Assembly (NCBI RefSeq): GCF_001194135.2
Contig: NC_069001.1
Coordinates: 26,583,216-26,647,215, forward strand
Length of the DNA stretch: 64,000 nt
From: Octopus bimaculoides
Lineage: Eukaryota
Direction of reading: 5' to 3'
Position 1 is the first letter of the stretch; each line of letters begins with the position of its first letter. Below the pieces are notes generated by a model. That model was given only the letters and a program-made list of their open reading frames with translations. It was not told the DNA's origin and made no database searches. A program made the translations under genes and the position numbers. Positions 11,714 through 25,830 of this stretch are shown here, in pieces.

Positions 11714-14491
11714 AAGCAACAAAAGAGATAGCGCTGGAGAGAAATAACATTTTAAGAATGTAAACTGCGTAGCGTTGCCGCGCTGGTTATATCTGAAAAG
11801 TTAGGGCGTGTAGCTATAAACCAAATGTTTTAGTGGTCGATTCCTCGTAGCAGTATCTTGTGTGGATGTTTGCCATTCTCCAATCTGAAGTTGCTAATAC
11901 ATAGAATTTGATCACTGGACTCTCTCCCGAAACTCATTTTATACGAATAGGCGTGTGTGCGCGTGTGTGTGTGTGTGTGTGTTTGTGTGTTTGTTTGTTT
12001 GTGGATAGGTGCATGTGCGTGAGCGTACGTAATGTTTTCTGTTTTTTTTTTTACGGAGAACATGTTGTCTTACTTTATGCTGTAACAGTCATATTTTCAA
12101 ATGGTGAATGTACGCACTAATACTATTATATTATGTAATACCATGTCAGTGAATATTGATGTATTGTACAACTCCTAGCTTTGGTTTCCGTTTACTTTTG
12201 AATCTCTGTGTACATAGAATCCACACATGCTAGAACTCATTATGCAGAAGTATCTTTCACCTTGTAGTCGGTTTATTCAACTAACCATGGTTCTGTTAAC
12301 GATATTCATGATATATATGAAATCATGTATGTTCTGACTTCATTCAATGAAGTTAGACAATAAATCGGCCAGAATTAGAGTTTAAAACTTAATACAGTCG
12401 CTAAGAATTTGAGTATGTTACTAATCAATGATCGGACGGAAATTCCCAGCTAAATATTTACATTTCTTAACCTTACACACAGAAATTTGCGTAGGTTAAA
12501 TAGTATACAATCGTTTGTGAAGGTTAAACAGAAGATCAGAAATAAATTGTTTTCTTGATAAAGTCAATATTTCTTTATGCGAAGCTGTAGATTGAAGTAA
12601 ACATTGTTACTATCTGACATTTCTTTTACAAACTTCACATTGTATTACCGTATACAACGACCATTGCATCTACACCAGATTGGTTTTATTATCCTTATTA
12701 CTGTCGCGCTTTAACAACTCTATTACAATGTTTATAATGCTGACATGGTGATTTTCTTTTAGCTTTGATTTACCGTTGTCATCATTGACGAAATCATCAG
12801 TTTTATTATCAACAGAAGCGAAATTGTTCTTTTCAATGAACAGTTGCCATCGTTATCATCATCATCATTTGCTGATTGTCATTGTAGTATGTGAAGATTA
12901 TTACATTTATATTCACTCTTTACATCTATAAAATCCCCATTACGAGTCAACGCTAGTGCTTCTACGGGATAAGTTGACTTAGGACACATAACAGGCAAAT
13001 CTTCCTCAAATAACACCCTAACATTTTCAATAAAGACAAACTGACTAATATTCATAAAATACGAGATGTCCATAGCACGTACACCTCTAATCATAGATCT
13101 GTTCAATTCGAGCTATCAGATAGCAAACATCTATTTCCTTATGTCATTCATTATATAAACATCATTCTCATCTTTGATTTGGGCCGTTAGAAGTCTCGTG
13201 CGGATGAATTTCCTCGGCAAATACACAAAGGATATACATTAATGATATTTTTGGTTGATAATATTTATTACACTAGTCCTGCATTTTTTTTCATATTTGA
13301 ATTATCATATAAATATATTAGATATTCATATTTTAAATATCAGTGTCTTCAGAAATCCCTCAATGAAATATTTACCAGTAAATATTGTTTATTGTACTAA
13401 GGTACATTGTGTAATTTGTTACTGAAACACTTAAGACACTCTAGGAAACTTTTTGCTTCAAGATCCCCCTGAACTATGGTTGCCTTTGTGTATCTGTTGA
13501 GGTAAATATTGTTACACAACAATAGAGAGCAAGCGATTAAGATGACCTCAGATCGAAAGCGTTTCGTTCCTGACTGTTCCATCATTTTATTTTTTGTTTA
13601 GAGGTACATTAGAATGAATTCCACTTTATGTAGCTTTTCAGTCTTTTCTGAGACGACTGGGTATGGTTTAAAGAACTTTCAGATGTTATTTGTAGCACGT
13701 TAAATAAAGTTAGTACAGTGAGAAAAGTTATGAGAAGCATTAGCGAGACGCCAGATTAGGTGTTTTGCATTTTTTATTTTACTGTTTTGTATTAAATTTC
13801 CCAAAATAAAGACCAACTGTAATAGAATAAGTAAAAAAAAAAATGCAAATATTTCGCATGTTTTAAGGATTATAATGTCAAAATATGGCATTAGTTGGTA
13901 TAAAATAAGTACCATTACCAATACATGTTAAGTCTACGTCCAGTATTTATTCGCATGCAAACATTATGTCTTAGAAAGTGTTATGATTAAAAAAAAAAAA
14001 GCGTAGATTCGTAATATAGTAAACCATGTATTAACGTACATCAAACCAGTAAAAAAAGACATCTAAGGATTTTGTGTGGTTTCAACAATAGAAATTTTTG
14101 CATTCTATATTTTTCAAAAAAAGATTTCAGTTTAATATGAGTCTGTGGAATGTCCCAAAGAATTACTGTAATCTTTTCTACTGGAACACGGCAAAAGTAA
14201 AGTAATATAGATTTGTTTTGCTTTCCTTTTAATATATTTTCTTTTGTTTCTTTGGAAGAGATGAATGAAAATATTCAGACAGAAATCAGAAAAGAATCTT
14301 AAACTTACTCAGTAAAAAATAAAAAAAGCAAACAAAAAACAAAATCATCTTTAAAATAAGTTATATTTAAAGTCAGTAAGAATAAATAGATTCTAGGATA
14401 AAATATATCTTATTTAAAGTCGGTTACGAAAAGCAGATTTAGGATTAATATAAAAAAAAGAAGTTTTTTTCCAGCTATGTAGATGTGTGGT

Positions 14492-14884
14492 GGAGGCGCA
14501 ATGGCCCAGTGGTTAGGACAGTGGACTCGCGGTCATAGGATCGCGGTTTCGATTCCCAGACTGGGTGTTGTGAGTGTTTATTGAGCGAAGAACACCTAAA
14601 GCTCCACGAGGCTCCGGCAGGGGATGGTGGCGAACCCTGCTGTACTCTTCCACCACAACTTTCTCTCACTCTTACTTCCTGTTTCTGTTGTGCCTGTAAT
14701 TCAAAGGGTCAGCCTTGTCACACTGTGTCACACTGAATATCCCCTGAGAACTTCGTTAAGGGTACACGTGTTTGTGGAGTGCTCATCCATTAGCACGTTA
14801 ACTTCACGAGCAGGATGTTCCGTTGATCGGATCAGCTGGAACCCTCGTCGTCGTAAAGGACGGAGTGCCAACTACAACAACAAC
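14492..14884 (+). mobile_element. SINE family C, apparently full length, with target-site duplication
   Basis: A-box-like tggcccagtgg and B-box-like ggtttcgattcc in a tRNA-like head, ~390 bp body and (AAC)n tail. Flanked by the 10-bp direct repeat agatgtgtgg (14481-14490) / agatgtatgg (14885-14894). Confidence 0.85.
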
Positions 14885-15559
14885 AGATGTATGGCAAAAT
14901 CAAGATATCATTTACTTTTATTTTCCCTTACTCTTCCAGCAATTCTATACATTTCTTATTCCTTTCTTTCTATCGCACATTCACTAACACATCGTTACTC
15001 TCCGCCTTCCATTTCTTCCCTCTGATCCCTCTTTCATAAAGCGTATATATCTTTGCTTACACTATACCGTTTCCTGTTTTTAGTAACTCGTTGCCTTTCC
15101 TCACCCGACCCTCTGTCTGCGCGTCAGACAGCCAGACGTTTTACACACAGCCCTTAACTACCCTAGAGCTAAAATTATCTTCAGGTTGGGGTGATAAATT
15201 TAGAGTACAGTCTCTCATTACCGTACGACCAGATTTCACTTATGAAGCAAATATCTGAAATCACCTAGAATATACCGTTCTTAATGATATTATTTACCTC
15301 GAGTAGAATGCCACAGGCTTTTCGGTGTTGGAAGTGTTAGGAGGTGTTAACAAAAAAAATGTTCTTAAATATTGAAGTTAAATTCTGAAGCTATCGTGTT
15401 AAATCCCGTCTTTGAGTTTACAGCGTATTTAATTCAGGACTTATAAAAGGCAATTCGTGTGTATGTTCGTTTCTCTGACCGTATAGATGTATGCACACAC
15501 ACACGAACGCACACACACACACACACACACACACATACTTACATACAAGATGCGCAAAA

Positions 15560-15720
15560 GGCGCAAGCGTGTCTGTGTGGTAAGAAGCTTGCTTCTCAAC
15601 CACGTCGTTCCGAGTTCAGTCCCACTGCGTAACACCTTGGGCAAGTGACTTCTAATATATAAAGCTTTATGAGTAATTTTTGTTGGATCGAAACTGAAAG
15701 AAGCGCGTCGTATATATATA
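15560..15720 (+). mobile_element. SINE family A, 5' half
   Basis: ggcgcaagcgtgtctgtgtggtaagaagcttgcttctcaaccac...ttcagtcccactgcgtaacaccttgggcaagtg...gaaactgaaagaagcgcgtcg, then (TA)n and a gap. Confidence 0.85.
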
Positions 15721-17770
15721 TATATNNNNNNNNNNNNNNNNNNNNNNNNNNNNNNNNNNNNNNNNNNNNNNNNNNNNNNNNNNNNNNNNNNNNNNNNNNN
15801 NNNNNNNNNNNNNNNNNNNNNNNNNNNNNNNNNNNNNNNNNNNNNNNNNNNNNNNNNNNNNNNNNNNNNNNNNNNNNNNNNNNNNNNNNNNNNNNNNNNN
15901 NNNNNNNNNNNNNNNNNNNNNNNNNNNNNNNNNNNNNNNNNNNNNNNNNNNNNNNNNNNNNNNNNNNNNNNNNNNNNNNNNNNNNNNNNNNNNNNNNNNN
16001 NNNNNNNNNNNNNNNNNNNNNNNNNNNNNNNNNNNNNNNNNNNNNNNNNNNNNNNNNNNNNNNNNNNNNNNNNNNNNNNNNNNNNNNNNNNNNNNNNNNN
16101 NNNNNNNNNNNNNNNNNNNNNNNNNNNNNNNNNNNNNNNNNNNNNNNNNNNNNNNNNNNNNNNNNNNNNNNNNNNNNNNNNNNNNNNNNNNNNNNNNNNN
16201 NNNNNNNNNNNNNNNNNNNNNNNNNNNNNNNNNNNNNNNNNNNNNNNNNNNNNNNNNNNNNNNNNNNNNNNNNNNNNNNNNNNNNNNNNNNNNNNNNNNN
16301 NNNNNNNNNNNNNNNNNCTTATGTCCAATCTGCGGACCTGCTTGCAAAGTATTGATACCTAAGTGACATAGATATTAGAAGTAATAAAGCATGGAGGCTT
16401 TGGGGTTTTTCATATCGAAATCAACGAAGAAGTGTGTGTGTGTGTGTGTGTGCGTGTGCGTGTGCGTGTGTACATAAATAACTTCGTTCAGTTCACTTCC
16501 ATTTTAAAATCTTTGTACGTTGGCAGTATCTCTAGTGCATTGCTAGTAAAATGTTTGGTAACTAACCCTGAAACATTATAATACTTCGGGCGAAGAAGCA
16601 CCTCCTTGTTCCTCACACGGCTTCAGCATTCTTTGTCTCAGTGTAGTCGTGACTTTCTGTGTTACGAACGCATATTTTTAGCCATATTACTAATGATTCC
16701 CTCCAATTATATAAGGTTGAGGGAAGGGTAAAACGTTAGGAACAAATTATTAAAATGATTCATTAACTTAAATATATATATATTCATATATTTGCAAATA
16801 TTGTTTATAATAGCCTAAACTAATTAATGCTAATTAATGTAATGTGTATTTTAATTCATTCTATGTTGACCTCCATTCTTGATGAGTGTTACCTTTCCAT
16901 CTAGAGGAGCAGGCTAAGATAGCCAATCAGATGCATTTCTCTCCCACAGCAACAGGCTAGCATTCTCTTTACATTTTCTAGTTCTAATCGCCATAGAGAA
17001 CGTTATTACTCTCGCCACAATGCACAAACTATATTTAATTCTCAAAGGAGACAATTCTGTTACTATTCATCGTTTTGATTCATTCTCTTCCATCAAAAAT
17101 TCAGCTTCGGGAATTTTGTATCAATTTTAGATTGTATAATTAATGAAAATTGAAACTTCACTGTATTCATGTGTAGAAATTTATTGAAATTCACTGAAAT
17201 TTTATTGAAATTGTCTGATAGCAAACATACATATATACACACATAAACACTGACATATATTTACAAACAAACATCTATATATATTATATATGTATACACC
17301 TACATATATATGTGTTTGCGAGTGTGTGTGTATGCATTTGTGTGTTTACATTTGCATGTATTTGTATGTATGCTTTCGTCTGTCTGAATGTGAATGATTA
17401 TGTACATGCACACATATATGCTCTGATTATATATTAACAATTTTTGGTGTTCATTCTGTTGTCTATTGTTAAATGTTACTTTATAAAACTGTTTGCTAGC
17501 GTGTTTCCTCCTCACAGACAGTGTGCGCTATTGGAAATATTATTATCAAAATTGTTGTATATTATAAATGACTTAGGTCTCTACATTCCACGTATAAAGG
17601 TTGTTAACCGTCTGCAAAACAAAAGCAACAATAACACAGATTCGTATTGGTGTAATTGTTTAGCAACAATCTGGCTTATGTATATTGGTTCATAATTGTC
17701 ATTTCATATCTAAATGACAGGAAGCGCCTTGAAAATACTGTCTGCATAAAAAAAAAAGAAACGACATCAT

Positions 17771-17835
<65 letters not shown>

Positions 17836-17839
17836 ATAC

Positions 17840-17881
<42 letters not shown>

Positions 17882-17912
17882 AAATAATAATAATGAAAAT
17901 AATAATAATGAT
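17771..17912. repeat. Compound (TAC)n-(TAA)n trinucleotide microsatellite
   Basis: Directly visible; source of the poly-L/poly-I ORF 17656..17943. Confidence 0.95.
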
Positions 17913-17914
17913 AA

Positions 17915-18250
17915 ATGCCCTGGTGGCTTCTGATCTTAACTGATTGGAAGTATTATTATGTACATATTTTGTCTTAGTGCAAATACTCTACTCAACGCAA
18001 CAGATTTCCTCGTCAATTGCCTGAACTTCACCTGTTGAGCATGACCCTTAGTGGCTGCCGATATGTGCATCTCTGATCACGAGCAGGAATAATGGGAAGC
18101 ATCACAGACCTGTTCTGAAAGGAATTCTTTGGGGTTTGGATACTTCACTTTTGGAAGCATGGGTGTTTGGTACATCATCCTTAAACAATCCTCAGGGGCT
18201 TTTCATCAGGAATAGCTACTCAATCTCAAACAAATTCTAACTGGGTCCCA
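17915..18250 (-). mobile_element. Probable interspersed retroposon fragment whose tail is the adjacent (TTA)n tract
   Basis: Complex sequence abutting the trinucleotide tract as a retroposon tail would. It resembles a common octopus repeat from my memory, but only one copy is present here, so this is unverified. Confidence 0.35.
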
Positions 18251-18427
18251 AATGTAAGTTCATGCAGTGTTTATCTTGATATGAGATCAAAATGTCTCGT
18301 AAATATGGTTGGGATCTATGTGACTGGTGCACACTTATTAGTCGGGTAGTCATGATGGGTATATTTGGCTTCGTATATCGGTACTCCAGTGTCACTATGA
18401 TGGCATTCATTGCTCCCTCACTCCATG

Positions 18428-18460
<33 letters not shown>

Positions 18461-18561
18461 TTGCTATGCTTATAATGCTGATTGTAATGCATATTGCTAT
18501 GCTCGTAATGCATAAGCTTAAATCCTAAAAGATATGATGATCACTGTTTGTATTCACATGC

Positions 18562-18660
<99 letters not shown>

Positions 18661-19250
18661 TAAGCAATTTAACAATCTAAAGGCAAATTTCTAGATGTCA
18701 CTAAAGTGACAGAGTGTACTGTGTGGTACCAGCATTGGTAGGTAGGAGTGTCAGAACGATTCATTAGCCACAAGAACACTATCTTAGTGTGCTGACAAGG
18801 GAGGCAAAGCTCCTTTCGTTCACTGACATAGCCATACGAATTTTGATGCAGATCATCTAAATTCTCATCAGGCTACCACTATGCCTATGAGATGAGCTTA
18901 ATACTATGTGCAGTAAGAGCCACTGAGGAGATCTGAATTTTATTTATAGTAAGGTTTACAAACACCTTCCACGAGGCAATTATTTTCGTTCCAGCACATG
19001 ATCTCAGATCAGGTCACTTGCTACGCAAGTATATCTCCGCAATGTAATGATACTGCTACAAATGGAAATAATATTCGCAGTGGACTAAAAGATATTGTTG
19101 CATTTTGCTAATCTCATTATAAAGGGAACTACCCAGAAACTAATGCTAGTAAAAAGACCAACACATAAAACATCACATAACAATGTAAGCAGTTAGCATT
19201 TATTTATTTCTTTTGACTATCTGTTCGCAGCATTAGCTACTTTTCATGTT

Positions 19251-19295
<45 letters not shown>

Positions 19296-19339
19296 TAGGA
19301 GAAGGGGTGTTTGTGTGTATATGTGTCCGTGTGTGTATG

Positions 19340-19370
<31 letters not shown>

Positions 19371-19716
19371 ATAGATATACGTATATGCACATGGATCGAA
19401 TATATTTGCATACACATTCACACACATAATCATGGGATCAAACTTTACAACAGTATACCTATTTGATACCTATTTGTCATCTTTTTCTTATCTCGGTCTA
19501 TGATGACGTAGATTGAATGCTTTCCTGGAAATGCTTAATGATGTATATACTTAAGAATCCTTCCTGATCAGATTTCCATAATCTCATCGTATTATTCACC
19601 AAAACAAGTGTAAGATGTCGACATTAATTATGTTAAACACACTCTCCGGATGTTTGTTTTTGCATATGTATACTTTGATGTGTGCACACATACTTATATA
19701 CATATCACCATAACTC

Positions 19717-19780
<64 letters not shown>

Positions 19781-20907
19781 CATACATGTATACATATGTA
19801 ACCATACATATAAACATAATCATCATATATACATGTACCTATATCAAACCATATATATATATATATAAATATATGATTGTATATGTATATTTATAAAACT
19901 ATATATATATATATATATATATATAACCACACGCACACACACATTTATACATATATATATTTATATATATACACATATTATATTACATATACGTTTTCAG
20001 GCTTTGTATTTACTAGTGCATTTTTTCAGTCACATTAGTTGAGATAAATTATGTGACGCCACTCAATGAAACGAGACAAATGTTCAAGTGAAAATACTAT
20101 AAAACATTTTCAACTTACACAATCTCAAGATGTGTCTCACACATATCATTTGCATAAAAGATATAAGGCTTCATCAGTGACAGTGTGTACATGATTATCT
20201 GTATTACAGACAAGTAGCATTTCCGGAAGCCTCTACAGATATGAAATCGTTTAGGAGCTACTGGTTGTTTTTATTGGGCATTCTCGCAAATTCGAATATC
20301 AGTGTGTAATTAATATTTTCATTAATTCAAGTAAAGCTCATTAAATATACGTCTAAAACAAATACATACATTCCGTGTCTCTGTATCTCTTTCCCCCCTC
20401 TCTCTCTCTCACTCTCTCCCATTCTATATAAATGTATATATAAATTTAAATAATAAGGGTAAAAATTTATATTAATTTGTTTAATATCAATTGAAACCAG
20501 TGGCCTAGCATATTGAAAAAATCTAAAGATTCTGAAAATTATATTACATATAAGAGGAATGACCAGTAGTTGGACTCTTAATATGCTAAATATAGACCGC
20601 ATATGGTTTGACCACTAAGAAAAACAGAAAAAAATGTCCTCAAGAGCATTTAGCAAACGCCAGAACGTAAAGCGAGCAAGACAAATGAAAAGATAGAAAA
20701 TATAATGATTAGTCACATACCAGACTTCATTGTTACCATTTATATGTCTGCATATCATCAGTGCAACCGTCATAGAAAATATAATTTGCAGGCCTATACT
20801 CGGGACCTCCTCCCAAGAGAACATGCATACAGTTCTATCAACTATACTTGGTGCGCCGAAGGCGGAAATGAATCTGCAGAAAATAAACAAGCACATATTA
20901 ATATATA

Positions 20908-20971
<64 letters not shown>

Positions 20972-21989
20972 CATTTACATATATATGCATATATATGTGG
21001 CTATATATANNNNNNNNNNNNNNNNNNNNNNNNNNNNNNNNNNNNNNNNNNNNNNNNNNNNNNNNNNNNNNNNNNNNNNNNNNNNNNNNNNNNNNNNNNN
21101 NNNNNNNNNNNNNNNNNNNNNNNNNNNNNNNNNNNNNNNNNNNNNNTATATATATATATATATATATATATACTTATCCGTATATATATGTACATATACA
21201 TGTGTAAATATATACATAAATGTATATATGAATATGTACATATATATACATAGCTATCTAACTAGCTACATATGTGTATGAATGTGTGTGTGTGTGTGTA
21301 TGTATATATATATATATATATACATATATGATCACTTGTCCCTATTCGAACTCGTGTCTACTGTCCTCTCTATATTGTTTTTCACATCGAAACATCTAGC
21401 TTTTTCCACATTTAATTGTTTAGATTTACTTACGCATTTATTTATTTTCAATTTATTTGTAAGCGTCTCTTTATAATAGTGAACATAACCTATATAGTAG
21501 ATATGTACATAATGGTCGCCATGTTACTACTTATCGTCTGCCAGGCGAGCTTATGTTTTGGCATTTTCATAATACGGGAGTCAAAAATTTTTTTTTTCCC
21601 CCCTTTCCAACCAGACACTTTTTGTTTGTTATGATAAAAAAAAGTTCTTTTATTACAATTATCTTTTCGAATAACTAACATTTGAAGTGAATGGTAAAAG
21701 TAATCATAAAAATATTTTTTTTGATAGAGAGCATGTTATACAATACAAAATTATATATTTTAAACATTTGTTGAGTGCTTCAAACATTCTCAAATATTTT
21801 GAATTATGTGAATTTAAAACCCACAATTATTCATGTACAGAAAAGATATAGAAAATATACACAGAAGTAGATGATGAAATGGTATATCTTATAGTCAGGT
21901 TTGTAGCTATTGCTTTTAGCCCCAGATAACTCATATCGAGTAAAACAATGCTGAAATGCTCTTTTTCTGTAGACATTCCTGTTGTTCCT

Positions 21990-22240
21990 CTTCTTATTAA
22001 TCTATCGAGCAAGTATATGATCACTCATTTTGCATCTTGATGAGCATCTTGCTCGTACTTTATATAGTATATCTTTCTCTACATTAGAAACGTACGTTGT
22101 GAGACTGAGATCTGCTTCACCTGTATAACACGTACAAAAATATCTAAGCTCCCAGTTGCATTTCCTTTCATTCAAAATATCTGTCTCAATCTCCTTTACC
22201 CTTCCTCTCTTTCTCTTTGTTTTTCTTACGCGCTCTTTGT
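21990..22240 (-). mobile_element. Possible decayed RTE-like endonuclease C-terminus
   Basis: ORF 22002..22331 ends KDILYKVRARCSSRCKMSDHILAR, similar to the KTRPGADCGSDH..L pattern of RTE-type endonucleases. Weak, single-motif support. Confidence 0.3.
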
Positions 22241-23183
22241 TGCTTTCATGTATTCTTTGATTCTCAGACTCACCAGACTCATGTATTCTTTGACTCTCAG
22301 TCATTATCACAAAAGATTCATGCCCAGTCACACACGATCATTTACTGTTTATGTTATATAAATACACTCCGATGGTAGTTGTGAGCTGAGGTGTATTTCG
22401 CTATGTATTCTAGCTGTTTGGAAGGCCATGCAAACTAGTTTCAGTCACGCACATAGGTGCAGACTTTCCAAACACTGATATCCGGATTCAGTCCCAATAC
22501 GTAACACCTTGTTCAATTTACTTTTAGTTAAACCGAAGCTTTGTGAATTTATTTCGCAGGGGGAATCTGAAAGAAACCCCTCATATAGATAAGTGTGCCG
22601 TTTTGACTGTTTGTCTATCACCACTCTTCCACAATGAGTGTAGATGTGTTTACCCCAGCATAACCTGGCCTTCGTGAAAGAGACCAAGTGTATATGTAGC
22701 AATCGTAAGACAAAACAAGTTCTGGGTACGATTTGGTAGGCTATCACTCTCCAAGCCAGATCCCCAGCAAAGCCGGATTCCAACAGCTAAAACAAATAAA
22801 TGATGACAGATACATAGAAAAAGTCTTTCATTAAATTTAAAACCATAAACATGTACGCTGTTATGTTTTTGATGATGAAGTAAATTATATACAAGGCCGG
22901 GTGCAAAAAGTGGTCTGATGTTTGAGATGACTTAAAAAAGCAAACCGATAAGAACAGCAATCATTGATTCACAGGTCAACGAGCGAGCTTCATGTACATG
23001 GTAGTTCATAATTCTCACTTTTATCTTCACACTGTTACATTCACAAACAAGTGACGACGTAGTTTTAGAAACTTGCTCTCGAACGTTATTTAATACACAT
23101 TCTGTATTTCATTCTCTCATTCTCTCCTTCTCCCTCTCTCTCCCTCCCCCTTCTTTCTCTCTCTCTTTCTCTTTCTTTCGCTT

Positions 23184-23217
<34 letters not shown>

Positions 23218-23380
23218 ATAGACACTCTCTTTCTGTACCTCACATGTCAGTGCACGCGCGTGTATGAACATTATTGCCCAGCCGTACTCAATCAATATGG
23301 CTTGCATAAATATATATATATATGTGTGTGTCTGTGTGTATCTCTGTGTGTATGTTTTAAGGTATGAATATACGTATATA

Positions 23381-23729
23381 GGCGCAAGAGTGGCTGTGTG
23401 GTAGGTACCTTGCTTACCAACCACATGGTTCCGGGTTCAGTTCCACTACGTGACACCTGGTGTAATTGTCTTCAACTATAACCAGGGGCCGACCAAAGCC
23501 GTGTTACTGGATTCGATAGACGGAAACTGAAAGAAGTCCGTCGTATATATTTAGTTTTAAATTTAATAGTCTCTCATAGCATGAGACATTTATGTATAGA
23601 AATGCCCTTAATTTAAATAAATATATTTAGAGGGAATAATTTTAAAAAATTCCCCTTCTGAAGTTTTTCACGCTGACTACTTGATGAATACTTTTAAAGA
23701 TTTTATCTTATTTTTAAATTATATATCTT

Positions 23730-23760
<31 letters not shown>

Positions 23761-23980
23761 GTGTGTGTGTCTGTGTGTGAGTGAGTATGTGTCTGTGTTT
23801 GTTCCCCCAGCATCGCTTGACGACAGATCTTGGTGTGTTCCCATCCTCGTAATCTAGCGGTTCGGCAAAAGAGACCGATAGAATAAGTACTGAGCTAACA
23901 AAGAGTAAGTCCTGGAGTCGATATGTTCTACTAAAGGCAGTGCACCAGCATGGCCGCAGTCAAATGACTGAAACAAAAGA
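23381..23980 (+). mobile_element. SINE family A, complete, with ~170 bp insertion in its central (TA)n
   Basis: Head 23381-23545, unrelated AT-rich block ~23550-23720, microsatellite, then 3' half 23790-23980 ending caaatgactgaaacaaaaga. Confidence 0.85.
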
Positions 23981-24008
23981 TTTTATATTTCTCATGGTGC
24001 AAAAAATA

Positions 24009-24053
<45 letters not shown>

Positions 24054-24987
24054 ACGCACATCCAAGCACACACACACAAACAAAATACGCTCAACATATA
24101 CACAGGCAAACACTCACACACACACACTCACACACAAACACACACACACACACACACATACTTATATGTATAATTCTGAATAACATACAGTATCACTTTG
24201 AATATCTGTGAGCGAAGGATTGTTTCTGACGAATATTTAATATATGGAGATACTTATGTGCACTTCCACGTACGTACATCAAAACAAAACACACCTGAAT
24301 GCGCACATTTGTAACAGGCAAAGGAAAATTTTAAAGAACACAATGAACGGTATCTAAGCAAGGTAAGGATGTGAGTTATGGAAACATGAACAAGCAACCT
24401 TAAACCTAAAAAATACAATACAAATACATTGGAATTCTCAGCATGGGGATACTGAAGTCGCAAAAATCTAAGACATACGTAAGACCTATATGAAGACAAT
24501 GATATACAGTTTCGAGTTTGTTATATTACCATATGTACTCTGTTTACTTATAATGGGCTGGTAGTTTTGAAACGAATGTAAGAAAAACATTAACACAGCA
24601 AGTAAAACAGTCTGCGATTGAAATCAAAGCCGGCCAGAGAGCATAAAACGAAAGGAAAAAATAAAAGAAGATAAACATAACTGGGGTATTTTTAAAGATC
24701 AGAAGAAAAATGTTTTCCTTTTTCATATTTAGATAATTAACTGTCAAGTGACTTTACGGCTGTTTGTTTTCACAAACACGCACACATACATACTCACTCA
24801 CACATGTATATACTACTCTTCAAAGTTTAGGAATTCCACGGGATTCCGATTTTCAAACATTTTCTACAATGACAGCAAAACGAACCAAAGACATCACAAT
24901 AAAAATGTACTAAATCAGCACTTTCGAGCAATTGATAAAAAAAAAACTACGCAAACTAAACATTCCCCGTCTACGCACTCTACATGA

Positions 24988-25029
<42 letters not shown>

Positions 25030-25458
25030 TTCTGTGCATGTGTGTGTTTGCATGCATGGTTGTTTGTATATGTGCGTGTATACCAAAAATGCAGTCTTCG
25101 TACGTTCCAGAAATTCTGGTAGACCATAACAGTAGAGACAGATATATTGTTGACTGTAAACGGCTGAAACATAAGGCTACTATGAGCTACATATCAAAAA
25201 GAATGAGCAGTACTAGAAGTCCACGTATTACAGCCATATAATGAAAGTGTAGCACCAGCATGGACGCAGCTCTCGATCTAAAAGAAGTAAAAGCGTAAAA
25301 CCCAATATATATGTATATATAATGTATCTACGTTCTGTCTTCCTCCATGCTGGTTGCGTGTGCGTAAATAGCGAATCCTTATCATTAATTTATGCGATTA
25401 AAAAAATATATAGAAACAAAGAGTACATTTCACAACATTTTGTGAGATGTATGTATGC

Positions 25459-25498
<40 letters not shown>

Positions 25499-25759
25499 NN
25501 NNNNNNNNNNNNNNNNNNNNNNNNNNNNNNNNNNNNNNNNNNNNNNNNNNNNNNNNNNNNNNNNNNNNNNNNNNNNNNNNNNNNNNNNNNNNNNNNNNNN
25601 NNNNNNNNNNNNNNNNNNNNNNNNNNNNNNNNNNNNNNNNNNNNNNNNNNNNNNNNNNNNNNNNNNNNNNNCACACATATACATACACACATATATATAT
25701 ATATATATATAATATATATATATATGTATATATGTATATATACACACATACATACACAC

Positions 25760-25830
<71 letters not shown>

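Noticed and set aside
14492-14565. tRNA gene
   Set aside because: The tRNA-like A/B boxes are the head of a SINE with body, tail and TSD; no complete cloverleaf. The same applies to the family A and B heads.
16318-16380. CPICGPACK as an RTE C-terminal zinc knuckle
   Set aside because: Only ~20 codons are visible next to a gap; insufficient to call.
22380-22800. Possible Tc1-like transposase relic on the minus strand (CWGKHI..., AWPSKQLEYI)
   Set aside because: Motif matches are loose, no catalytic residues are clear, and the TIR-like sequence at ~22890 faces the wrong way to belong to it.
24318-24362. 45-nt in-frame exon candidate AKENFKEHNERYLSK with a GTAAGG donor
   Set aside because: The acceptor lacks a polypyrimidine tract and the peptide is unrecognised.
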